From positions 1-49,292 of IMG/VR virus record IMGVR_UViG_3300017766_003288: a DNA stretch of 49,292 nucleotides. One strand, given 5' to 3'. Positions 27,118-37,240 of the stretch are shown here, in pieces. Numbering within the stretch: position 1 is the first letter of the stretch; every line of letters begins with the position of its first letter. The DNA is from a virus (Duplodnaviria; Caudoviricetes). A program made the translations under genes and the position numbers. The notes under the pieces were generated by a model. The model saw nothing but the letters and a program-made list of their open reading frames with translations, did not search any database and was not told the origin of the DNA.

Positions 27118-27671
27118 TTTTTAATATGCAGTACCAAAATATCTTCTTCAACAAAATGCTGAATTATTTTAAAATTTTTAAAACATTTGAGAATATTTTC
27201 TTCAGTAACATCTGACCAATCTTCAGCAATATAAGTTCCAAATAAACGATAATCATCAATTAAGATAATTGCTTCATTTGATTTATAAAGATGATCAATT
27301 GAAATGCATTCTTCAATCACAGGGCAATCTTTTTCACCTTTAGCAGTATCTAGTGAAGACCAATGTCCATCTAACCAAAAAATGACTCTATCAGTTTCCT
27401 TTAAACTATCAAGAATTTTTGGTAGAACTTTTACAGTGTCTCCAAAAAGATTTTGAATATTATAATACTTTTCTCTATTTTTTATTTCGTCAAAATATTC
27501 ATAATATTTTTCTGATAATTCTATAGTATATAATGTTTGAAAACTATTTCTAAGATTAACAATAGTCTCTCCACCAAAAGTTCCAGACTCAATAAAAATA
27601 TTATATTTACTGATTATCTGATCTAATTTTTTTACAATAGTATTTACGTTATTATGATTAATAAAACTCAT
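27114..27671 (-). CDS. Class I SAM methyltransferase-like protein
   Basis: FIESGTFGG, YTIELS, GDT, FWLDGH, ILIDD. Confidence 0.7.
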   Translation of the reverse strand: MSFINHNNVNTIVKKLDQIISKYNIFIESGTFGGETIVNLRNSFQTLYTIELSEKYYEYFDEIKNREKYYNIQNLFGDTVKVLPKILDSLKETDRVIFWLDGHWSSLDTAKGEKDCPVIEECISIDHLYKSNEAIILIDDYRLFGTYIAEDWSDVTEENILKCFKNFKIIQHFVEEDILVLHIKK

Positions 27672-28666
27672 TATTCTTCAAAAATATACTGCTTTACAAA
27701 TTTTTGAGAAACTCTAAGTAAATATGCAGAATTATCTTGAAATCCAAATGTCATCAAATAATCATCACCATACTCACACATACCAACGGCAAATTCAATA
27801 CTTGCATTTAAAAAGGAAAATTGCTTGGAAACTTTAACAATATTCCAGTCATTATCCCAGAGCACAAAACGATGCCTATAAATTCCATCCTTTCTTCCAG
27901 CATCACTTTTAGTTAAGTATGTTTCATGATTAAGGCAAAAACGGTGATTATCGTCATAAGGAATTACCTGAGATCCTCCACGAAGATCAATAGTACCAAA
28001 ATCTTTCCATTCTTTTAGTACAATTTGCTCTGTACGATTTGTTTTCATATCATACTTAACAACTTCCGTACCATTAGTCCACTTAACAAAATGGAATGGC
28101 ATATCAATAATTGGCATCCAATTCTTTTCGCAATATGAACCTTCATCACCAATATTTCCTGGAGTTGGGATACGATATTGAGCAACCTCTTTAACTCCAT
28201 CTTCAGTGATTTCAATCTCAGAGAGTTCCATTCTACCAGTACCCTTAGTATCTAGATCCCTACGAACTCCTGAAACATAAAGTTTCCCGTCCCATCTAAC
28301 AATCCTACAATCTTCAAGACCAACAAAGTCCCAAAGTTCTTTATCAGGGAACTTAGATGTGTCAATTCTTTCATACCACTTGAGTTGCATATTCTCATCA
28401 ATCTCACCCATTACGTTATTAGTTCTTAGTCTAATATCATTTTCGGGGTGAATATAAACCAAAGGACCCCAGTGATGTTCAAATTTTCTTTTCTCAGAAT
28501 GATATAGCGTATAGTTGATATTGCGAAGATTTACAAGAATAGTTCCATTATCGTTGTAAATAGAAGGATTTGTAATAGCAGGTCCCTTTAAATACTTTGC
28601 TGGAAAAATTAAAGGATGAATAGACCCTTCATTTTCCAAAGCCAATTTTACAAAATTATCGTCCAT
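27671..28666 (-). CDS. Five-bladed beta-propeller glycosidase/phosphorylase-like protein (GH43/GH130-like)
   Basis: NPSI, GLEDCRIV, EKNWMP, LRGGSQ, IEFAVG, FGFQD. Confidence 0.65.
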   Translation of the reverse strand: MDDNFVKLALENEGSIHPLIFPAKYLKGPAITNPSIYNDNGTILVNLRNINYTLYHSEKRKFEHHWGPLVYIHPENDIRLRTNNVMGEIDENMQLKWYERIDTSKFPDKELWDFVGLEDCRIVRWDGKLYVSGVRRDLDTKGTGRMELSEIEITEDGVKEVAQYRIPTPGNIGDEGSYCEKNWMPIIDMPFHFVKWTNGTEVVKYDMKTNRTEQIVLKEWKDFGTIDLRGGSQVIPYDDNHRFCLNHETYLTKSDAGRKDGIYRHRFVLWDNDWNIVKVSKQFSFLNASIEFAVGMCEYGDDYLMTFGFQDNSAYLLRVSQKFVKQYIFEE

Positions 28667-28702
28667 ACAAGATTATTATCTAAAATAGAAAGGTTTAAAA
28701 TC

Positions 28703-28732
28703 ATTATAACACATAAACTTCAAATCAATCAA
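28703..28732 (-). promoter_or_regulatory. Sigma70-type promoter inside the glycosylation island
   Basis: TTGATT-N18-TATAAT with extended TGn, at the upstream edge of a 58-bp intergenic gap. Confidence 0.6.
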
Positions 28733-29084
28733 AAATTTTTATTTCCCTATAGGTAGAATCTGTCTCTTCATTAATTCTTTTTTTTATTTCTGCACGCTTA
28801 TCGTTATAAAAATAAACGCTGCGAGAAAGTTCTATAAATTCCGAATCAAATTCTTTATTTTTTTCTTTTTGACGAAGTTTATTTTCAATTTTCCACAATG
28901 TCTGATTTACTTCTTTAAGTTGAATTTCATACTCCAAAAGATATTGAGTCAATGTAGATTTAATTTTATTGAGTTCTTCCAACTCTTTACGAATATATTT
29001 ATTGTCTGATAAAAATGCTTTAATTTCTAAGATTGTAATCTTATCAATTAATTCTCCCACAGAAACTGGAATTGTAATCTTCAT
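28725..29084 (-). CDS. DUF6165-like protein
   Basis: IPVSVGELIDKITILEIK...L..VN..LW.IE...R.VY..ND.R..IK..IN. Confidence 0.8.
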   Translation of the reverse strand: MKITIPVSVGELIDKITILEIKAFLSDNKYIRKELEELNKIKSTLTQYLLEYEIQLKEVNQTLWKIENKLRQKEKNKEFDSEFIELSRSVYFYNDKRAEIKKRINEETDSTYREIKIFD

Positions 29085-29863
29085 AAAACTTCCTCAATTT
29101 TATTTCTAATTTTCAGTATCCTAGTTTTCCACCAATTTGCAACTTCATCAGGTCTAATATGATTCATTAAACACTTCGTATATGCTTCCTCCCAAGTCTC
29201 CGCAAAAATCCAAGGAGGATTTTCTTCATACTTGAAGGTACATTCTATTTCCTTTTTTGATCCAACAACCACAGGTATTGCTCCATTCATAGATGCTTCA
29301 TAAAGACGAAAACAATCCAAAGATGAATTTCCACGTCCACAAGGAACAAAAATAGACTGAGAATATATCTCACACATCTTTTCTTTCTCTATCTGATTCC
29401 CGATAACATGATTGTGAAGTTGAGAAAATATGTTTAACATTTCTATTCTATCAGATTTTATTTCCCCAATAAAAGACCAGTCATATTTTTTTTCTATTGA
29501 AAATGACTTGCACCCATTCGTATATCCAAGTGGAAAGACAAGTGTGTTTGGACTATAGTTATAATATGGATGATGATAATTTCTCAAAAACAAGTCACAG
29601 TAGTTACCCAACATATTATAATCCCACTTGTTTTCTTGATAGAACTCATCGGACAATAGTATTATTATTTTGGGATTTATTCTTTTTATAACTTTTTTAA
29701 TATTGTAGAAATCGTGAGTTCTTGATGAAAAAATAAAAGCATCATAATGCTCTTCTAAACTTTCTATTAAGTAAGGTGGGACTTCTATGACCTCGCCTTT
29801 TGGGAGAATATCACTTAGGATAAAATCCTTCTCCCAAGCACCTTGTTCAATCGCTATCTTCAT
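29081..29863 (-). CDS. Exostosin (GT47)-like glycosyltransferase
   Basis: WSFIG, SIFVPCGRGN..LDCFRLYEA...GAIPVV. Confidence 0.75.
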   Translation of the reverse strand: MKIAIEQGAWEKDFILSDILPKGEVIEVPPYLIESLEEHYDAFIFSSRTHDFYNIKKVIKRINPKIIILLSDEFYQENKWDYNMLGNYCDLFLRNYHHPYYNYSPNTLVFPLGYTNGCKSFSIEKKYDWSFIGEIKSDRIEMLNIFSQLHNHVIGNQIEKEKMCEIYSQSIFVPCGRGNSSLDCFRLYEASMNGAIPVVVGSKKEIECTFKYEENPPWIFAETWEEAYTKCLMNHIRPDEVANWWKTRILKIRNKIEEVL

Positions 29864-32016
29864 TCCAAATTAAATGTTTTTCTGATATGCTCAATAATAT
29901 TTTTATTTTTAGATACTACTCCTAACCCGAATGTGTGAGTGAAATTACATTTGGGAAGGTCAATTTCTTCAAAAAACTTCTTGACTCCATAAGTAACATT
30001 CCCATTAAAGTCTTCAACACAAGTATCGTGGAATAGAATCACTCCATCATCCTTAACAAACTTACTCCAAGTCTCATAATCATTCTTAACTGATTCATAT
30101 AAATGGTCTCCATCTATATGGAGGATATCAATTTTTTGATTCCAGTTTTTTGCTACTTCACTAAAGTCTCCTTTAATAATGGTAGTATTTTGTGTGAGGA
30201 AAAGTTTTTCTCTCTTTGCCATTACATAGTTGTATTTTGCTTCAGTATCTTGTTCACCAATAAAACTATCTCCAGTAAAGTTATCAATACTATAAACGTG
30301 TCCTATTCTTGGAATAGCAAAGGAGAATGCAGAAAATCCCCAATCAGTTCCAAGGTCAACAGTTACTTGTGGTTTTAAATACGAAACTAACCATTGGGCA
30401 AATGGTCTATGACCATACCAGGCAGTTGCTGGAATATCATCTAAGTTAGTTAAAAATAAATTATCAATTGCTTGCTGTCTTTCTGGAAGTCTTATTGTGT
30501 TATCAGAAAATGCTGTTGCAAAAATGGTAATGTTTGGATTATTCAAAACCTTTGAAACACCTACAAGATTGGAAAAAGCATCTCCAAGATATGAATTACC
30601 AAGATTCATAGCCTCACTTACTGCGTGAAAAGCATAGTTTGCAGATTTACCATTTTGACCTAACTGCAATAAAATTTGACTACAAATTATAAACACTTCA
30701 ATTCTAAATGAGTTGAAATATGCTTTAGAATTCTCTAGATATTCTTGTCCATACTCTAATGCCTTTTCTGCATTTTTGACTTCACAATAATGTCTAAACA
30801 TAAACCAAATATAATATGAATTCGTATTATCCTTCTGATATTCTCTTTCACAAATTGAAAGATAGAACAACTCTTTATCTATTGAACGATTTATTTTTTT
30901 AGTAATTTTGATATTTGTATCAACTGAAACTTCTTGAGGATGTTCATCAGTAGAAACAAAGTTTGGCATTTCATGAACAGAATTTTCCCATCTATAATTT
31001 TTAGTGCGATGAAATCTAAGATAAATTTCTTGTGACTGTTCTATACTATCATCACCATTATCATTATATCTTTGGTGTTTAAATGCTGTTAAACCTTCAG
31101 CAACCACATCAAGACCTTCTGGAAAAAACTCATTAACATTTTCATTAAAGTCGAGTGAAAATGCCCAGTCAGTTTTAACATAAGAAAGTGCTTGATTTCT
31201 CGCTACTGAAAAGTCAAACTCTTCCCTTGTTTGTGGATGTTCATAAACTTCAATACCAGAATCACGAAGTAACTGAACTGTATTGTCTGTGCTTCCAGTA
31301 TCAACTACAACCGTGTGATAAAACTTTTTGGAGTTCTTAATAAACTTCTCAATATTCTTCTCTTCATTCTTTGAAATGGCATAAAGTGTGACTTTCATAT
31401 CAGTTTCTTTTGGGGTATTTATTTTTTTATGGCACCAGTGCCATACTCCTTGAGAATATGGGTGATTTAAGTTTCCATTTAGAAAGAATAGTTGTTTACC
31501 TTTAAAATATTCATCTACCGCATCTCTAACTTCTTGCCAACAGGGAGCATAATCATCTCCGCAAATTAGTCCACCAGGTTTAATTTTTGGATACCAGGAA
31601 GTAATATCATCCAAAACACTCTTGTAATCGTGAGCACCATCTATAAAAATAAAGTCAATACTTTCATCCTCAAACATAGATGATGCTTCTATACTTTTTG
31701 ATTTAATAGTATGAACTACATCATAAACATCGCACAACTTTAGATTTTTTTCATACTCATCAAAAAGACTTGTATTAGTATCCTTAAAATATTGTATCCA
31801 TTCTTGATGCCAATTTTCATCACTACCATCAAAAGTATCAATAGCATAAAATTTAATATTTTTCCCAGAAGATTTAATCAACTGTCCCATACAAGAAGTT
31901 GATTTTCCTCTCCAAGTTCCAATCTCAACAAAAACAGAGTTTTCTGTAGCAGATTTAACTGCCATTTTATAAACTAAATCTGAATCAAAAAACCCAGGAA
32001 CATCAGTCCAATTCAT
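29860..32016 (-). CDS. Methyltransferase-GT2-TPR-methyltransferase fusion
   Basis: FVEIGTWRGKS..FIDGAHDY..GGLICGDDY; AISKNEEKNI..VVDTGSTD.T..FDFSVARN; helical repeats; VDLGTDWG..LHIDGDH.YE..ILFHD. Confidence 0.82.
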   Translation of the reverse strand: MNWTDVPGFFDSDLVYKMAVKSATENSVFVEIGTWRGKSTSCMGQLIKSSGKNIKFYAIDTFDGSDENWHQEWIQYFKDTNTSLFDEYEKNLKLCDVYDVVHTIKSKSIEASSMFEDESIDFIFIDGAHDYKSVLDDITSWYPKIKPGGLICGDDYAPCWQEVRDAVDEYFKGKQLFFLNGNLNHPYSQGVWHWCHKKINTPKETDMKVTLYAISKNEEKNIEKFIKNSKKFYHTVVVDTGSTDNTVQLLRDSGIEVYEHPQTREEFDFSVARNQALSYVKTDWAFSLDFNENVNEFFPEGLDVVAEGLTAFKHQRYNDNGDDSIEQSQEIYLRFHRTKNYRWENSVHEMPNFVSTDEHPQEVSVDTNIKITKKINRSIDKELFYLSICEREYQKDNTNSYYIWFMFRHYCEVKNAEKALEYGQEYLENSKAYFNSFRIEVFIICSQILLQLGQNGKSANYAFHAVSEAMNLGNSYLGDAFSNLVGVSKVLNNPNITIFATAFSDNTIRLPERQQAIDNLFLTNLDDIPATAWYGHRPFAQWLVSYLKPQVTVDLGTDWGFSAFSFAIPRIGHVYSIDNFTGDSFIGEQDTEAKYNYVMAKREKLFLTQNTTIIKGDFSEVAKNWNQKIDILHIDGDHLYESVKNDYETWSKFVKDDGVILFHDTCVEDFNGNVTYGVKKFFEEIDLPKCNFTHTFGLGVVSKNKNIIEHIRKTFNLE

Positions 32017-32018
32017 CT

Positions 32019-32705
32019 TCAGTTCCTCACTTTTTCGTTTTCTCTTAAGATGTTAGTTTTAGTAGGACCCCAATCATTATTAGGATTCACATATGTTTGA
32101 TAAAAGTCATATCCTCCACGAATGAGATTCAACGAAGAAACTGAGAGTGCCAAAATAACTAATTTTTGAACCAGTCCAATTTGTTCTTGAATTTGGTTAT
32201 CCAGTTTGATTCTATCTAAAATACTTCTTTGATGAAGTTTTGGAAGTTCAACTTCAGTTTCAGGTTTTCTTGTATAAGTCCAAGTGCTTGTTTCAAAGTC
32301 ATATTCGGCAAGATTGGCGTGGTCATAATTTCTCATAATTGGAGAGCAAATATAAGGAATCTCCTTATCAATATGCCCAATACTCAAATCAATCAAAATG
32401 GGAATTTCAGTCTCAGTAATACAAATTACGTGAGTTGAAAGCATTTTATCCTTTTCATAATTGTTCTGATGAAACCCAGGATATCCCATCAAAAATAGTC
32501 CTGGTGGATCTTTTAGAGTCACCATTAGACTACACTCAACCATTCGGGATTTAATACCTTCTTTATGTAAGAGTTTGTGAATAATATCACTCATACTCAC
32601 ACAATAACCTGAACCTGCTTGTAGCATTCCAGAGGTCTTTAAATTATCTACAACGCCTTTGATAATCTTAAAGTATTCAGTTTGAGTTACGGGATGATTT
32701 TTCAT
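32019..32705 (-). CDS. Hypothetical protein, possible Cys-His-Asp (transglutaminase/NAT-like) enzyme with C-terminal hydrophobic helix
   Basis: GSGYC...L..EGI.S, THVICI, ILIDLS; ATGA-coupled start at 32705. Confidence 0.5.
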   Translation of the reverse strand: MKNHPVTQTEYFKIIKGVVDNLKTSGMLQAGSGYCVSMSDIIHKLLHKEGIKSRMVECSLMVTLKDPPGLFLMGYPGFHQNNYEKDKMLSTHVICITETEIPILIDLSIGHIDKEIPYICSPIMRNYDHANLAEYDFETSTWTYTRKPETEVELPKLHQRSILDRIKLDNQIQEQIGLVQKLVILALSVSSLNLIRGGYDFYQTYVNPNNDWGPTKTNILRENEKVRN

Positions 32706-33397
32706 AAGTATGTGCTCCAATCAATACAAGGGGATAACAGAAATTTGTGACAATGTGTAGAATAACCAGGAAGTGAGGATATTAATCTTCTACCTCTTTG
32801 TGAAAGTTCTAAAAACTTCTGATGGTCATTAGAAGGTTCACAATAAGATGAATGACTTCTGTGTATATGTATGTCTTCTAAAAGAGTACCAAATTTAACC
32901 GCAAATGTATTTGTGGTAGATGGAACTGGCATCCAGTGAGATGAATCTGTATGAATTATTTTAGTTCTAAAATCATCATACCAGTGCATATACTTGTCTT
33001 TATGGTCATAAAGAGTCGCATAGTGAATAGGAAGTTCAAATGCTTCTGCTAAAATTTTATCCCAATTTGGACGATGAATATAATCGTCTTCAAGGAAGTA
33101 GACGATAGTATCTTCATCTAATTTTTGACTCTCAATATACTCTAAAGTTCTTAAGAAACTCTTTGCTTCCCCACCTTCATTTATAATATGAACATTTTTT
33201 TCTTCTTTGAGGAAAGTGTCTTCTATTTTTCCATAATGCTCATCGTATATAATTGTATAGTTTGTAGTTTGTAGATTATAAGTTCTCTTAAAGTTTTCAA
33301 ATACTTTTTCTTTATTCCACCAGTCTGGTCTTTCTCTTGATGGTTGCTCTTGAATTTTTGAATAATAACAATGCCTTAAAAATACTTCAATTTTCAT
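32702..33397 (-). CDS. GT-A fold glycosyltransferase-like protein
   Basis: IVYFLEDDYIH, TLYDHKDKY, STTNTFA, PGYSTH. Confidence 0.65.
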   Translation of the reverse strand: MKIEVFLRHCYYSKIQEQPSRERPDWWNKEKVFENFKRTYNLQTTNYTIIYDEHYGKIEDTFLKEEKNVHIINEGGEAKSFLRTLEYIESQKLDEDTIVYFLEDDYIHRPNWDKILAEAFELPIHYATLYDHKDKYMHWYDDFRTKIIHTDSSHWMPVPSTTNTFAVKFGTLLEDIHIHRSHSSYCEPSNDHQKFLELSQRGRRLISSLPGYSTHCHKFLLSPCIDWSTYL

Positions 33398-34172
33398 AAA
33401 TGTTGAATACACTATAAAGTTTTACGTTTTCTTCACCAATCACTTCTTCTGGTGATCTTGATTTTCTTTCTAACTTTGGACGAATATTATGTAAGTCTTT
33501 AACTCCCCACTCATTATCTTTTTCTTCTGCACAAGTATTTAATATGTTTGAAAAGTCGTGTTTATGAGGTTCTATATTTAAAAACTCATATATTGAATTG
33601 AGTTCTTTTTCTGGGTCTTTAATTAAGTTATTATACTCCACTAAATGTATTTTTTCTCTATGATGACGCAATCCGTAAATTAAACTTTCATATACATCTG
33701 AAGTATAAAATCTCCACAAATATTCTAAACGATTGTCTGTAGTAATTGGCAAATTGTCATTCTTTAACCGATCGTCAATAAAGTTATTTTCATCTTTATC
33801 AATTAAAGTTATAAAAGATGTAAGAACTTCTGGAATCGGTCTATAGGTTGCAACAATTTTTACTTCATTATCTAAAAATTTTTCTGTAGATAAAACGTTT
33901 CTTGGCCATCCCCGATGTTTATCTAGAATATATTTTTTAGGAATGTGGTTATAAAAATTTGATAGAATTGCATTATATGTATTATATTGTACCTTTGGTT
34001 TATCATAGGTATATTGTATATCAGACATATCAAAAGCTTTATCTAATACACAAAGTAAATCCGCAAGTGGTGATGTTGGTGTTGTGTGTATTTCTGGATG
34101 CTGACTTAAAAGAGAACCTAAAAGTGTGGAACCAGACCTAGCCAAACCAGAAAGAAAAAATAATGTTTTCAT
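33387..34172 (-). CDS. PAPS-dependent sulfotransferase
   Basis: SGLARSGSTLL..LLSQHP (5'-PSB loop), DKHRGW, R...EVLTS, VEYNNLIKDP. Confidence 0.85.
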   Translation of the reverse strand: MKTLFFLSGLARSGSTLLGSLLSQHPEIHTTPTSPLADLLCVLDKAFDMSDIQYTYDKPKVQYNTYNAILSNFYNHIPKKYILDKHRGWPRNVLSTEKFLDNEVKIVATYRPIPEVLTSFITLIDKDENNFIDDRLKNDNLPITTDNRLEYLWRFYTSDVYESLIYGLRHHREKIHLVEYNNLIKDPEKELNSIYEFLNIEPHKHDFSNILNTCAEEKDNEWGVKDLHNIRPKLERKSRSPEEVIGEENVKLYSVFNIYEN

Positions 34173-34186
34173 AAAAATAGTTTAAT

Positions 34187-35443
34187 TTAAATTCTTGAAT
34201 CTAAATATCTAATTGCTACCATACTTCCCCAACCAATACTAGCTTGTTTCCAGTTATTTCCTCCCATAACAGTTTGAACTGGAGTATTTCTCTGTACTCT
34301 ATCATTTGTTCCCAAAACTCCATTTCCAGCATTTCCACTATTAGCTGGGTTATTATTTGACCCCCAAGTCCACAACTCACCGTTAGTTTTAATGGCAACA
34401 GTAGCATAGTCCCCAGAACTAATTGTTTGCCAATCTTTAGTATTATTCCATACAGTAGTTGGAGTTGGTCTATCAGTAGTATCATTCACGCCCAGTTGTC
34501 CAAATCCATTATAACCCCAACACCATAAAGATCCATCTTCTTTAATAGCAAAAGTGTTGTATCTCCCACAATCAACCTCCTTCCAGTTATTACTTGCACT
34601 AAATTCTTGTACTGGTGTAAGACTATTAGTTCCAGTTTGATTATTTCCCAGTTGTCCAAGATGATTTCTACCCCAAGCCCATAATGTTCCATCTTCCCTA
34701 ATGGCAGACGTGTGATGATATCCGCAAGAAACTTTCTTCCAACCTGTTATACGAGTTGCCCCAGCACTTATTTGTCTTGGAGTAGATCTAGCATTTGTAC
34801 CCTGGACTCCCCCATCAAATGTTCCATCCCCTATCTTTCCAAAATTATTTTCACCCCAAACCCATAATGTTCCATCCGTTCTTATTGAAGCATAATGGGA
34901 TGAGTTAATTGAAATTTCTTTCCATCCAAATAATCCACCCGCCTCAGCAATACTTATTTGTCTTGGAGTTGATCTTCTAGTAGTTCCTGTGTTATCTCCA
35001 GTAAATACATATCCCCATCTCCATAAAGATCCATCATTTCTAATTGCTATAGCACCAAAACCACCTGCACCTTGAATCAATCTCCAACCAGTCAAACCTC
35101 CTGGCGAAGCAAGACTTATTTGTCTTGGAGTTGATCTATTTTGATTTTGAGTATTGTCTCCTATATTACCTTCAATATTATCCCCCCAAGCCCATAAAGT
35201 TCCATCACTTTTAATTGCATAACTACCATTATATCCCTGAGCTGAACAATGAATCCAATTAGTACTACTAGTATATTCTTGTACTGGAGTTGATCTACCC
35301 TGAGTATTATTAATTCCCAACCCACCATTATTATTATCCCCACAACTAAACAACTCACCATCTTCAACCACATTTTTCTGAACAAAAGTATCATCAAAAG
35401 AATTAACTCTTCCACCTTGAGTAAAATTATAGAATGTTGCCAT
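34187..35443 (-). CDS. RCC1/BLIP-II repeat beta-propeller protein
   Basis: Repeated AI..DGTLW.WG.N..GQLG.N....STP.Q.....W. Confidence 0.9.
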   Translation of the reverse strand: MATFYNFTQGGRVNSFDDTFVQKNVVEDGELFSCGDNNNGGLGINNTQGRSTPVQEYTSSTNWIHCSAQGYNGSYAIKSDGTLWAWGDNIEGNIGDNTQNQNRSTPRQISLASPGGLTGWRLIQGAGGFGAIAIRNDGSLWRWGYVFTGDNTGTTRRSTPRQISIAEAGGLFGWKEISINSSHYASIRTDGTLWVWGENNFGKIGDGTFDGGVQGTNARSTPRQISAGATRITGWKKVSCGYHHTSAIREDGTLWAWGRNHLGQLGNNQTGTNSLTPVQEFSASNNWKEVDCGRYNTFAIKEDGSLWCWGYNGFGQLGVNDTTDRPTPTTVWNNTKDWQTISSGDYATVAIKTNGELWTWGSNNNPANSGNAGNGVLGTNDRVQRNTPVQTVMGGNNWKQASIGWGSMVAIRYLDSRI

Positions 35444-35815
35444 TTATAGATGTCTCCAATAATTATTTTCTCTATAAATCACAGGAGTATTCATTCTTTC
35501 TCCCCAAATTTTAAGGTAATCTAATATATCACTATTTATTTTTTCTTCATTACTATTTACAACTCTTAAAAACTGCCCATCCCCTTTATTCTCCACACTT
35601 ACAAGAACCTTACATTTATCTGGTCTCATTTCTTTTGGCAATAACTCTTGTGCCCAAGCACAATAATATTTTCTACAAAACTCTGGACGAACTCTATAAA
35701 TTTCACATCCACATTCTCCAAGAAATTTACAAGGAGTTCCATTCCCAAAGGGGTGACCATATGCTTCTCCATAAGGAACAATACAACATTCCTTACACTC
35801 ACCACACTCTCTCAT
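35444..35815 (-). CDS. YkgJ-like CxxCxxCC metal-cluster protein
   Basis: CGECKECC...PCKFL...GCEIY..RP..CR.Y.C.W. Confidence 0.8.
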   Translation of the reverse strand: MRECGECKECCIVPYGEAYGHPFGNGTPCKFLGECGCEIYRVRPEFCRKYYCAWAQELLPKEMRPDKCKVLVSVENKGDGQFLRVVNSNEEKINSDILDYLKIWGERMNTPVIYRENNYWRHL

Positions 35816-36567
35816 AGGTTATAAATCTCTCCAGTAGGTCCGTGTATTTGAGTAATACCAAGAACTTTCATATTTACAATATTTTTTTCATCAATAAACT
35901 TATATAAACATCTTTCAATATCAATAGAATTTCCAATACTCAATACCCAATCCATATATTGAATTGATTTTTGATTGATTTCATAAATGTCGTAAATTAA
36001 AGTAGAACAAAAACTCCATAAACCAGTCGTAACTTGCCCATCTATTCCCATTAAGTCTTTAAAATATTCAAGATTTTTATTATTAAACTTACATACATTA
36101 AACACATAATAATTCATAAGACATCTTGAACAATAATCATTAATATCAAAGTTTTCATTCAAATAATATCTTCCAGTTAATTTAAAAATCCTGTGATGGT
36201 ATAGAAATATCTTATCAGTAATAATTTTTTCAAAAGCATTTCTCATTCCAATACTTTCTAAAATTGATTTACCAAAATCAAACTGATTTGGATTTGAATG
36301 TAAGTTTTGATAAGTCTGTTTTAATGTATCATCATCACAACATTCTAAAAATATATCAGAACTTTTTATCAACATTTTTCTATACTTTTCTTCAAGTTTG
36401 AACTCTGAACATTCAACTAATAGAACTGTAGAGTTTGGTACTTTTTCTCTGACCGTTTCTATCGTCTTAAGAGTCTGGTTAAGTCTATCTTCTGATAAGT
36501 TATGAAAACTACCGTTTTTAAATGGCAGTAATGCTGAAGTTATAATAAAAAGAAATTTATAGTCCAT
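35812..36567 (-). CDS. Putative glycosyltransferase-like protein
   Basis: IITSA, R..QT..TI, LVECS, RIFKLTGRY; island context. Confidence 0.5.
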   Translation of the reverse strand: MDYKFLFIITSALLPFKNGSFHNLSEDRLNQTLKTIETVREKVPNSTVLLVECSEFKLEEKYRKMLIKSSDIFLECCDDDTLKQTYQNLHSNPNQFDFGKSILESIGMRNAFEKIITDKIFLYHHRIFKLTGRYYLNENFDINDYCSRCLMNYYVFNVCKFNNKNLEYFKDLMGIDGQVTTGLWSFCSTLIYDIYEINQKSIQYMDWVLSIGNSIDIERCLYKFIDEKNIVNMKVLGITQIHGPTGEIYNL

Positions 36568-37240
36568 AGTGAATTGATGAATATTTTGGTAGAATTTTTT
36601 CGTTGTTGAGTATATTATTTACTCTTTTTTCCCAAAGTTCAAGATTGTCAAGATGTTCTGAAAAAGAAAAATGATGCCAACTTGTAGGATATAAAGTTCC
36701 TATGCCATATTTGCCATAACCCGAAAGGTTATATTCTGGAGTCTGGTCGTAACCAATAGGATACATTAAACGATATGGAAATCCAACTTGGTCTGCTCTT
36801 AATGTAAGTAGTTGGGAAGTATCTATTCTTGTAAGACCATTTTCAAATACAGAAGTCATAGAAGGTTCTCCAAGTTCTTTCCAAGAACTCTTACTTATCA
36901 TTAATAGCGATTGGGCAGCATAGATGTGATTTCTCATATATGTATGAGAAACATTTTGGGCATTTCCACAAAAAGATTGATTATCCTTCACCCACTCATA
37001 AACTTCTTCAATAAGTTCTAAGTTATAAGGTAGACAGTCTAAATCTAAAAAACAAACAACACCATCATTATTATTCAACAACCAGTTCATCATTTCCCCG
37101 TGCTGTTGATACACTCTTAAAAAATCTTTGTGCTCAACGGAATGATATTCAACTGTTATTCCTATTTTATCACAACAACTTTTATGTTGTTGTACTATTC
37201 TATCTGGTATTTTTGTTGAATAAAAAGTATAAAATATCAT
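36557..37240 (-). CDS. Putative GT-A (DxD) transferase
   Basis: VCFLDLDCLP DxD motif; island context. Confidence 0.5.
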   Translation of the reverse strand: MIFYTFYSTKIPDRIVQQHKSCCDKIGITVEYHSVEHKDFLRVYQQHGEMMNWLLNNNDGVVCFLDLDCLPYNLELIEEVYEWVKDNQSFCGNAQNVSHTYMRNHIYAAQSLLMISKSSWKELGEPSMTSVFENGLTRIDTSQLLTLRADQVGFPYRLMYPIGYDQTPEYNLSGYGKYGIGTLYPTSWHHFSFSEHLDNLELWEKRVNNILNNEKILPKYSSIHYGL

